This document shows positions 18,686 to 27,136 of a stretch of 64,000 bases of DNA, one piece after another. Position 1 is the stretch's first letter; each line of letters opens with the position of its first letter. Position numbers and translations under genes: made by a program. This DNA comes from Candidatus Thorarchaeota archaeon (GTDB lineage Archaea; Asgardarchaeota; Thorarchaeia; Thorarchaeales; Thorarchaeaceae): contig JAWOEX010000021.1 in NCBI GenBank assembly GCA_046482545.1, positions 192,001 through 256,000 of the forward strand. The letters run 5' to 3'. The notes beneath the pieces were generated by a model. The model was not told where the DNA came from, did no database searches, and saw only the letters and a list, made by a program, of their open reading frames with translations.

Positions 18686-19804
18686 TTATAGCGTCTCACG
18701 TGTCATACTTGTCAAACGCGAACAACCATCCGCGGTGATAAGGAGCATATCCGCAATCTTAGCAGTCCCTGCCGGTTCACTATAAAACGTGGGATGAGCT
18801 GAAAAAATCATGCCCTCTCGTAACGAGTATGTACTACTGGGCGCTATCTGAGGGGGTTCTCGCAAATCCAAACCAATCGATGAACCAAGAACCCGCCCCT
18901 CTTTTTCTGTATTGAAGATTCCCTCGATGCATCTGGTTGCAAGCTTGGAAATCCGTACATGAGGTGCCATTAGCTCTTCAAGATTTAATGATACATCTAG
19001 CACACTGTTGAATAATGCCTTTTCATCTGGGTCTGGGGTTCCTGTATGTAGTGTTCTAGATATCTCAGCAAAATAACCAGAGTGGCTTACAGTTATGTCG
19101 ATTAAAACAAGGTCGTCATCACCAATGCGCTCTGCACTGGGTCGTACAAAAGGAAATCTTCCATGTCTTCCGGATAGTACTGCCGCCCTGATACCTTTGA
19201 GCTGTCCACCAGATCCTCGCATTGCTGCCTCGATTTCAACCGAAGCATCCTCCTCTGTCTTTCCCGGTACCACAATTTCTAATGCTGTCCTCAACCCAAT
19301 TTCAGCTATTCTTGTTGCCGCTTTGATTGTCTCGATTTCAGAAGGATCCTTTATCTGACGCAATCGCCACAGGTTCTTAGAAAAATCACAGAAACCAGCT
19401 TCTGGGAGGGTCTTCTTTAGAAGATTAAATTCCATCACTGAGACCCAATCCTGCTGGAAGCCAATCATGCCATCTTCTACTCCCATGTCACAAATTTCTT
19501 TGATAGCCATTTTCCACATCTGAGGACTATGGGCCAAAAACCATTCTGGCGAACCACCATCAGGGAATGTAACTACTTTTGTCATCACCAAATCGAGAGA
19601 TGAAGCTTTCCTCTGTGTTTCGGAGACAATCAAATGGGGTTGGTGACCATCAACGACAACGCACGCAACAGGAAGATTGTGCTGTGGAGGTTGGTAACCA
19701 GTAAGGTACTGGATATCCGGCTTCCGGGTCACAATAATAGCATCGATTTCTTCCACCCTCATTGAACGATGAACTTTCTCTAGTCGTTGGGGAGTAAATT
19801 CCAT
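18686..19804 (-). CDS. M24/aminopeptidase-P fold protein, predicted catalytically inactive (ORF open to 19840)
   Basis: Creatinase-N-like YLTGY region, LRQIKDPSEI, DIT...GY.AEISRT, IGL..REPP, L.EGM.F, LLIT.DG; most metal ligands substituted. Confidence 0.8.
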   Translation of the reverse strand: MEFTPQRLEKVHRSMRVEEIDAIIVTRKPDIQYLTGYQPPQHNLPVACVVVDGHQPHLIVSETQRKASSLDLVMTKVVTFPDGGSPEWFLAHSPQMWKMAIKEICDMGVEDGMIGFQQDWVSVMEFNLLKKTLPEAGFCDFSKNLWRLRQIKDPSEIETIKAATRIAEIGLRTALEIVVPGKTEEDASVEIEAAMRGSGGQLKGIRAAVLSGRHGRFPFVRPSAERIGDDDLVLIDITVSHSGYFAEISRTLHTGTPDPDEKALFNSVLDVSLNLEELMAPHVRISKLATRCIEGIFNTEKEGRVLGSSIGLDLREPPQIAPSSTYSLREGMIFSAHPTFYSEPAGTAKIADMLLITADGCSRLTSMTRETL

Positions 19805-20418
19805 GATTGAAACCTCTGAAAACTGTATGTATGATTCCAAAAGCGGTCTTCGCGTTGACTCTAGTGTTTCCCTTTCTAAGGGGATTTAAGCCTATAGATA
19901 ATACCTTCTGGACTCTTTGTTGCAAGCTTGTAGACTCGTAGGTGGGAAGCCTTCAAATCTCCAATATCTTGCAGTTTGACCCAAGAACCATTGACTTCAA
20001 AGAAGGTACCAACGGTATACGCTCCTGAAATCAGTTATTCTTCCATGCTAAAAATCCTCAGAGGTCTTAGTCGTTTTGAATGAGCAACATTTTCAAACAT
20101 TGTTCAAGAAGAAGAGATTAACAAGAAAAATCTCAGGATATCTATTCATATGTGAATCGCTTCGATTTGTAAGAAAGGATGACTTAGGTACATTCAGCCT
20201 AACGCGATGAGTGGGAAATGGCTGATCCGGCCATACCTCGAAAACGCAAATCCTCAATCCTCCGGAATGCTCTTTTGGCGAGTCCGTGTAAACCGGTCAT
20301 CAGCAAGCTTTCTGAATTTGAGAATGCTTTTGATACAAAACAAGCTGGAAGTATTCTAGAGTATTGGCTCAAAAGGAAATGGTCAGAATCAACTCGACAA
20401 GAAAATTGAATAGTAGTA

Positions 20419-20528
20419 TGGCGGGACCGCCCGGATTCGAACCGGGGATTACCAACTCCGCAGGCTGGTGCCTTATTCTCCTCTTTCAGAAGATAATCCT
20501 CTGAAAGTCCAGGCTAGACTACGGCCCC
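20419..20528 (-). tRNA. tRNA-Arg(GCG) with 32-nt D-loop intron; CCA encoded
   Basis: After intron removal the reverse complement folds to a 78-nt cloverleaf: GGGGCCG/CGGTCCC acceptor, GTCT/AGGC D stem, CCAGC-CTGCGGA-GTTGG anticodon arm, CCCGG-TTCGAAT-CCGGG T arm, G73, CCA. Confidence 0.95.
20477..20508 (-). other. Non-canonical tRNA intron (position 19/20) with bulge-helix-bulge
   Basis: Intron ACTTTCAGAGGATTATCTTCTGAAAGAGGAGA: CTTTCAGA/TCTGAAAG helix, bulges GG^A and GA^A around (G)CCT/AGG(A). Confidence 0.85.
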
Positions 20529-20550
20529 TAGGTAAATCCATTGAGAGTTT

Positions 20551-20556
20551 CTTATA
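20551..20556 (-). promoter_or_regulatory. Putative TATA box of tRNA-Arg(GCG)
   Basis: TATAAG 23-28 nt upstream of the tRNA 5' end, preceded by a purine-rich BRE-like stretch. Confidence 0.5.
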
Positions 20557-20612
20557 GACCCTTCGCTGGGGAGCTAGATGAAACTCCTGCTAAATAAGAA
20601 GAATTCAGGGAA

Positions 20613-20810
20613 TCAGGCAACGGGTGTTTCAACCGGATCGACAACGGCCTTTCCATTGCACTTAGTAACACGGAGCAGATACTCTGGGGTCTGGAGCAGA
20701 AAGCTTTCACCCTCCTCCAAGTACTGAAGAACCGAGTCGCCATCAGGATTGTTGAGCTGTTTGTCGTATTTTGATACGATTCTTTCTAATTGTGAACTCA
20801 TTAAGGTCAA
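20613..20810 (-). CDS. Small hypothetical protein between the two tRNA-Arg genes
   Basis: 65-aa ORF with globular composition; GGGTGG just upstream and TTTATA about 40 nt upstream; alternative ATG at 20801. Confidence 0.5.
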   Translation of the reverse strand: MTLMSSQLERIVSKYDKQLNNPDGDSVLQYLEEGESFLLQTPEYLLRVTKCNGKAVVDPVETPVA

Positions 20811-20891
20811 CCACCCATATTGTGTGTTAGTATATTTCTCAGAGATATAAAGCCCGCTCGAATGCCATGAAAAGGAGATAAGTTAGAGTGA

Positions 20892-21001
20892 TGGCGGGAC
20901 CGCCCGGATTCGAACCGGGGATTACCAACTCCGGAGGCTGGTGCCTTATTCTCCTCTTTCAGAAGATAATCCTCTGAAAGTCCAGGCTAGACTACGGCCC
21001 C
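20892..21001 (-). tRNA. tRNA-Arg(CCG) with 32-nt D-loop intron; CCA encoded
   Basis: Identical to 20419-20528 except at 20934 (wobble base), giving anticodon loop CTCCGGA. Confidence 0.95.
20950..20981 (-). other. Non-canonical tRNA intron (position 19/20), identical to 20477-20508
   Basis: Same 32-nt sequence and BHB geometry. Confidence 0.85.
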
Positions 21002-21022
21002 ACCGTCTCACCTTCTCAAGAC

Positions 21023-21028
21023 CTTAAA
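21023..21028 (-). promoter_or_regulatory. Putative TATA box of tRNA-Arg(CCG)
   Basis: TTTAAG 22-27 nt upstream of the tRNA 5' end, almost the same offset as for the other copy. Confidence 0.5.
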
Positions 21029-21039
21029 GCATTTACCAC

Positions 21040-21558
21040 CTATTGAACGATTTTACTTTTGTTGATGAGCCACCAAGCACCTTGTTTCCCGCTACGCAGT
21101 CCTTTCTCATATTCCAAGACCTGTGAACCGGTCTCTTTCTTAGCTGCTTCATTCAATCTATGAATTCGATCTAAGATGGTTCGGCGTTTTGATTCACTTC
21201 CAAGTAACTCTTGGGCAAGTTCGGGTGTAGTAGCCCCCTCATACTGAACAAAATGTGTCAATATCTTTCGATCTAACTCATCTCTGCATATGGTTTCATC
21301 TGCTATCGAGTTCAACTGGCCCCTATACACGCTCGTTGATTGTTGCTCCTCAAGATACTCTACCCGGGTTCGGAGTTCGTCAACTTCATCTACAAGCCTA
21401 TTGACAATGGGTGGAAAATCCTCATCTAGCTTGGAAAGAATAGCATCTCTAATGAAACGCTGGCGGCCGCGTTCACCAGCAGCCCGGTCTATCCTCTGTA
21501 GAAGGTCTGGACTAAGTCGTATTCTGATACTCACTTCATCTCGATTAGACGATGTCAT
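21040..21558 (-). CDS. Putative transcription regulator: N-terminal ribbon-helix-helix, coiled coil, C-terminal winged-HTH-like
   Basis: IRIRLSPDLLQRIDRAAG..GRQRFIRDAI (RHH); LVDEVDELRTRVEYLE heptads; DELDRKIL...ATTPELAQEL...TILDRIHRL...WWL. Confidence 0.65.
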   Translation of the reverse strand: MTSSNRDEVSIRIRLSPDLLQRIDRAAGERGRQRFIRDAILSKLDEDFPPIVNRLVDEVDELRTRVEYLEEQQSTSVYRGQLNSIADETICRDELDRKILTHFVQYEGATTPELAQELLGSESKRRTILDRIHRLNEAAKKETGSQVLEYEKGLRSGKQGAWWLINKSKIVQ

Positions 21559-21678
21559 TCCGAAGTACCATCATTTTAGTAGACACATAGAGATACGGAG
21601 ATGTCTGGTTCTTCGTGTATTCGACACAGTTATAAAAACAGTTTCCCGGTCTGGACCGAAGCACTGCGGTGATGCAAA

Positions 21679-21972
21679 ATGGGCGATAAGGAGAAAGCTC
21701 TAGAAAGAAAAAGAGCAAGATTACGGAATAGGCAGAATCCTTCGGTTACAAATGAAAAGCAAGAGAAAAGACTACGCAGTGTGAACGCCAAGTACTGGAA
21801 AATCAAGAAGGAACGAGCCGAAAGAAAAGGCATTATCTTTGAAAGAGAAGCTCCAGAGAAAGAGCCTGAGATTGAGGAAGTTGAGGAAGAGAAGGAAGAA
21901 AGACTGGTTTCGGACGAAGATTTAGATGATCTTTACACCTATGATGAGGAAATTGAAGAAGAGGAAGAATAG
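21679..21972 (+). CDS. Small charged hypothetical protein (basic N-half, acidic C-half)
   Basis: 97-aa ORF divergent from the RHH gene; GGTGA upstream of the ATG; K/R-rich then E/D-rich. Confidence 0.6.
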   Translation: MGDKEKALERKRARLRNRQNPSVTNEKQEKRLRSVNAKYWKIKKERAERKGIIFEREAPEKEPEIEEVEEEKEERLVSDEDLDDLYTYDEEIEEEEE

Positions 21973-22087
21973 ATAACAAATTGATTGCTGACCGCAAATC
22001 TGCTTTCCGTGTTCTCTCAGCCAGTTTAAACACCTCGTTCAAATGAAACATCTTATGTAGGATAAGTGCAATGATGTAACTGGTTGA

Positions 22088-24526
22088 GTGCTAATGAAAA
22101 AGACTGCTCTACTGAGTTTCTTTCTTATACTGATACTATCATTGCAGATGCCAATTGCACAGGATGCATCGACTACATCCAGTGCAAATGACATTCAGAA
22201 TTCTCTCTCCAATTCTGTTGGAGGCAATGTGCTAGTTGACGAGTCTCATACTGGTAATGCATCCGAAATGTGGACACCAGGAAATGCATCTATGTTTGGC
22301 TGGATAATAGCAGAGCATGGATACAATGTTAGTATGAACTGGAATTCATCTCTTGACAGCGGTATTCTCGACGAATACGATATTCTGTGTTTGTTCTTCC
22401 CATATATTCCGCTGACATCACAGGAGACTGATGCCATTCATACATTCGTTGAAAATGGGGGAGGTTTATTGCTGGTTGGAGTGAATCCTCTAGAGTCTAC
22501 TTGGGGATACAGCAGCTCAAATCTGAATCCGGTATCATCCGCGTATGGAATAGAATTCAACGCGGAAAGGTGGCGCGGGCGTATACTGAGAAGTGAGGGG
22601 GACTTCTCAGTAGATCACCACATAACGACAGATGTAAGCTCATTCCATTCAAATGCAGACCAGCTGAGTGGATGTACAATATCTCTGAGCGGCTCAGCTA
22701 CACCATTAGCAACGGGCGGCGCGGGAGATGTTCTTGCTGTTGCAGAAGACGGCAGTGGGAAAGTAGTAGCAATTGGATCTCTTGCCCCATTCACTCAGTA
22801 CAGAAAAAATGTCGGATGGCAAGTAGATGAAGACGATCACTCGCAGCTAACCGTCAATATTTTCGATTGGTTGGTTGGAGCTGAGCAAAGGTCAGTTAGT
22901 CTTCCAGAGAGAGCCATTATCAAGGTCGGACAAGGACCTGATTTGAATGAAACAGAAATTGCAGAGTATGAAATATTCAATGGGGCGTATCACGAACACA
23001 CAACTGCTAGTGATGGGCAAGACTCACCAAGTACAATGGCGATAAGAAACATCGAGGTGGAACAGGATTTCTGTGTGATGACAGATCATTCCTATGATAC
23101 ACCTGCTACAAACGGAATCCATGGAGCCCTAGGAATGAGAGATTTCACAAGAGAATATGGATTGGATTCGGAAATATTCATTGGAGCTGAGTTATCTGCG
23201 ATTCCGCACACAGTCGGCTTTCCCCTTACTGAACAGATCTATACCAGCAGTACGCAAACAGCTGTAGATGGAATCCATTCTCAAGGAGGTATAGCAGTAT
23301 TCTGCCACCCAACCATAGGATATCCGTACGCGGAGGTCTGGGAGAACTTTGAGGAATACGGTTATGACGCATTTGAAGTAGATAATTCCGGATATATCCA
23401 CGGCTTGGGAGAACAAGCATACTTCTGGCCTTTTATGGGAGCCTCGGATGGTCATTCTGCTGCAAAACTTGGCAGGGTGAGGAATGTGGCATTTGTAAAG
23501 AATCCAAGTGGACCAAGTGGTGCAATTACAGCACAAGACCTTGTAGATGCGGTCTTGAATCGTAGAATAGTCATTCTTGACAAGTATAACAATCTCGTTT
23601 TCGGTCAAGGTGTCTGGGTTGATCGTTTTCTATCACTTCAGGAGTCGGCTGAAACTGCTGTTGAAAATGCAGAGACTCAAATTGAGACACTTGAAAGTAG
23701 CGGATACAACATGTCACTCTCGCAGCTCTACCTCAACCACGCAAAAAGCGCCCTAGACTGGTGGAATCCAACCCGGGCACTGCAATATGCAGACGATGCA
23801 ATAGGTGACGAAGTGACCGGTATTGCATTAAATGTGAAATCTGAGTGCATTGGAGTAGTTGAAGCAAACAGCGAGACAATAGTGACTCTATCAATGTCCA
23901 ACAGGCTCGAAGCCGGAATACACCTGAATGCTACTCCTTTCGTCGGTACATCTTTGAGCTTTGAAGAGAAGTCAAAGATTCTCGCAGCAGGTTCAGGCAC
24001 TACAGAAGATGTAGATTTCATCGCTCAATCAGACAGCTACGGATATACGAAGGTCGTTTTCAACCTGAAGGACTTCAACACAACAGAGAATCTGAAACCT
24101 GTCACTCTATTGACTGGCGGGATTATTGACAGTGTCACCTCTTCAGTGGAATCTACTGACGAAGGATTGATGTTAGCCATTGATCTCCCACAGGACAGCG
24201 GCAGCAAGGATTTGATTTCGTCTGTGAATCTCACCTATTCGAATGACGGTACAGAGGAAACCATACTCATGCAATACGTGGGAGGCAAGTATAGCGTTGA
24301 AATTGGTCCATATTCAGAAGGGACCAATGTAACTATCCAAGTATCTGTCGGGGATAAACTAGGCAATACATTTCTCCTCGAGAGCAAGACGATTACAGTC
24401 ACTGGAGCGACAAGTCCCAGTTCACCCGGAATGCTTAATCCGCTGGTACTCGCCGCAATAGGTGTGACCGTAGTCGTTATCATCGCAGTTGTCTTCGTTG
24501 TTATGAGAAAAAAAGGAACAATCTAG
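22088..24526 (+). CDS. Secreted, C-terminally anchored protein with DUF4350/GIFT-like domain and PHP metallohydrolase domain
   Basis: Signal peptide; VLVDESH...FVENGGGLLLVG...GKVVAIG; PHP motifs HEHT.ASDG, TDHS, GAE, CHP, ASDGH; C-terminal TM followed by RKK. Confidence 0.75.
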   Translation: MLMKKTALLSFFLILILSLQMPIAQDASTTSSANDIQNSLSNSVGGNVLVDESHTGNASEMWTPGNASMFGWIIAEHGYNVSMNWNSSLDSGILDEYDILCLFFPYIPLTSQETDAIHTFVENGGGLLLVGVNPLESTWGYSSSNLNPVSSAYGIEFNAERWRGRILRSEGDFSVDHHITTDVSSFHSNADQLSGCTISLSGSATPLATGGAGDVLAVAEDGSGKVVAIGSLAPFTQYRKNVGWQVDEDDHSQLTVNIFDWLVGAEQRSVSLPERAIIKVGQGPDLNETEIAEYEIFNGAYHEHTTASDGQDSPSTMAIRNIEVEQDFCVMTDHSYDTPATNGIHGALGMRDFTREYGLDSEIFIGAELSAIPHTVGFPLTEQIYTSSTQTAVDGIHSQGGIAVFCHPTIGYPYAEVWENFEEYGYDAFEVDNSGYIHGLGEQAYFWPFMGASDGHSAAKLGRVRNVAFVKNPSGPSGAITAQDLVDAVLNRRIVILDKYNNLVFGQGVWVDRFLSLQESAETAVENAETQIETLESSGYNMSLSQLYLNHAKSALDWWNPTRALQYADDAIGDEVTGIALNVKSECIGVVEANSETIVTLSMSNRLEAGIHLNATPFVGTSLSFEEKSKILAAGSGTTEDVDFIAQSDSYGYTKVVFNLKDFNTTENLKPVTLLTGGIIDSVTSSVESTDEGLMLAIDLPQDSGSKDLISSVNLTYSNDGTEETILMQYVGGKYSVEIGPYSEGTNVTIQVSVGDKLGNTFLLESKTITVTGATSPSSPGMLNPLVLAAIGVTVVVIIAVVFVVMRKKGTI

Positions 24527-24590
24527 GTAGCGAGTTGGACATAGAGCCCTCTCGCTGCCATCCCTATAGCTCGCGGACAGGAGTAGAAGG

Positions 24591-25415
24591 ATGACAAGCC
24601 TACTTGAGATTACGAAATATCTGAATGATATAGCACCGGATAGACTTTCTCTTGCTCAGCAGGAAGGGCACGTGGAAATAGGGCCACAGTCTACAATTGA
24701 ACGGGCTAGGACTACTGTTAACAGGGTTTTAGTAGCATCTTATCCTTCTGCAAGGGTCGTGACAAGCGCTACCCAGCAAAAAGCAAACCTTCTCATAACT
24801 AATAGGCCGATTTTTTCTACTCCCAAGAAACACCTTGGCGGATGGAATCTTGACCGCGTCCGACTACTGAGTAAGAATTACATATCCACATACGTTATGA
24901 GTTCAGCTTGGACAGGATTTGAGAACGGGCTCAGTGATGCACTTGTAGAGAAACTTGGCCTCACCCATAAGCAACAATTCATGACAAAGGGGGACTACGA
25001 ACCGTCTGTTCCTGCAGGTCGTATAGTTGGTACTGCGGAGACTATGAACCATTCTCGGTTTATTAACTACGTCGCCGATAAGCTGAATCTAGATTCAATT
25101 AGATTCACTGGTCAGCTGGATCAAGAAGTGGAACGTGTAGTAGTCATTCCCGGTGAACTGGTTTCAGAACGTGAAATTCTGAATGCCCTTGAGAAGAAAG
25201 CTAAGACGATATTGACCGGGGATGTGACACCACGTACGAGAATCCTAGCAACTGAACGTGGCTGTAATCTGCTTGAGTTAGGTTCTTTCGTGACGGAGAA
25301 CCCGGGTATGGAACGGCTCAACAACTATCTAAGCTTAGAATTTCCCGAATTGAAAGTCTCGTATGTTGAAGCCCAGCCGCATAGTAAGACCCTCTGTTTT
25401 GAAAAGAGAATATAG
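24591..25415 (+). CDS. NIF3/YbgI-like protein with degenerate metal site
   Basis: Overall NIF3 layout (L..IAP, ANLLIT..P, GRI, VERVVV.PG, LTGDV, TE.PGM.RL); His ligands replaced. Confidence 0.75.
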   Translation: MTSLLEITKYLNDIAPDRLSLAQQEGHVEIGPQSTIERARTTVNRVLVASYPSARVVTSATQQKANLLITNRPIFSTPKKHLGGWNLDRVRLLSKNYISTYVMSSAWTGFENGLSDALVEKLGLTHKQQFMTKGDYEPSVPAGRIVGTAETMNHSRFINYVADKLNLDSIRFTGQLDQEVERVVVIPGELVSEREILNALEKKAKTILTGDVTPRTRILATERGCNLLELGSFVTENPGMERLNNYLSLEFPELKVSYVEAQPHSKTLCFEKRI

Positions 25416-25430
25416 GTAGTAGAAACTAAT

Positions 25431-26315
25431 CTAGCCGCGTATCATAACGACGTTCTTGTGGCGGTCCACTCCAACATGACGGGCCACTGGCCAGCATTTT
25501 GTTCTCAGGATGTGTACGACCGGACATAGTTCAGAAGTATCAAATTCCGTCATGCTCTCGTAGTTGCCCATTCCTTTCGCCACCACTAACTCAGCGGAGA
25601 AAAGCAATTCCTTGAAATCATCTGAATCACGCTCTAGATTGACTCCAATTGCCGGAGCTCCAGTATCAACCACTCTGTCGGCACATTCATCTAACCCGAC
25701 TTCCTCCGCGTCAGTCATGGTAGCATCGTTAAGAATAGGACCTCCTTTCACAACTGCGACCACTTTGGCTCCGAGATCCTGAATCTGTTCAATAAGCACC
25801 ATGTCCAACACGATTTCACCTGCGTTGTCCATCAAGTAAACGACTTCGTCAACATCCTGACATAGTCTGTAAAACTCATCGACCTCGTCAATAGCCAAAT
25901 CAGATTCTACATCATCCACCAACTCTCGAAGCACATTCAAATCGAAATCCCTCCCTGAGACATCAAACTCTATTGCATTCGCTGCAGCTGCAATCAGTGC
26001 AGCCTTCCTGAACATAAAATGAGAATCAATCTGTTCATGTACCAGTCTACGAAGAGTTGGGAGTAGTTCAAGAGCTAGCGTGTTGGATTCTTCTTTGAGG
26101 CTTTCATATGGGTCATTCCCTGTTATCTTCTGAACAAGCAAGTCTCTTTCAGTACCAATATGGCTGGGTACTGAGTTTTCATCAAGCTTCTCACCGAACA
26201 GCTTGGTGATTGCTGTTACGACCTCCATTTGTTTTTCTAAGTCATCGGTAGCAAGCTTGGCTTGGTTTACTGCTCGTTCAATGAGACAATGGACGCATTC
26301 GACGTCGACTTTCAA
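25431..26315 (-). CDS. DUF89/ARMT1-like damage-control phosphatase
   Basis: ECVHCL, DPY..LK..SN, AN.I.F, DNAGEI..D, PILNDAT, KGMGNYES, KC.PVA. Confidence 0.9.
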   Translation of the reverse strand: MKVDVECVHCLIERAVNQAKLATDDLEKQMEVVTAITKLFGEKLDENSVPSHIGTERDLLVQKITGNDPYESLKEESNTLALELLPTLRRLVHEQIDSHFMFRKAALIAAAANAIEFDVSGRDFDLNVLRELVDDVESDLAIDEVDEFYRLCQDVDEVVYLMDNAGEIVLDMVLIEQIQDLGAKVVAVVKGGPILNDATMTDAEEVGLDECADRVVDTGAPAIGVNLERDSDDFKELLFSAELVVAKGMGNYESMTEFDTSELCPVVHILRTKCWPVARHVGVDRHKNVVMIRG

Positions 26316-26372
26316 TTAGATTCCCAGTTCTCTAGCCATTCAAGTGCCTGAAAAACCAAACGGAATAGACAC

Positions 26373-27071
<699 letters not shown>

Positions 27072-27136
27072 CTATAGAGCCTGACTTCCTAATAAGTGCC
27101 TATGATAACTCGTTTCTTACAGTTTCGAACCGATTA

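Noticed and set aside
20176-20300. Degenerate LSU rRNA fragment on the minus strand
   Set aside because: Similarity is limited to about 16 nt and flanking conserved elements such as the sarcin-ricin loop are absent; kept only as a possible guide complement.
20218-20409. 63-aa plus-strand ORF next to tRNA-Arg(GCG)
   Set aside because: No recognisable features; probably spurious.
20419-21001. tRNA repeats as attL/attR of an integrated element
   Set aside because: Both copies are complete, each has a promoter and a different anticodon, the spacer is only 363 nt, and there is no recombinase.
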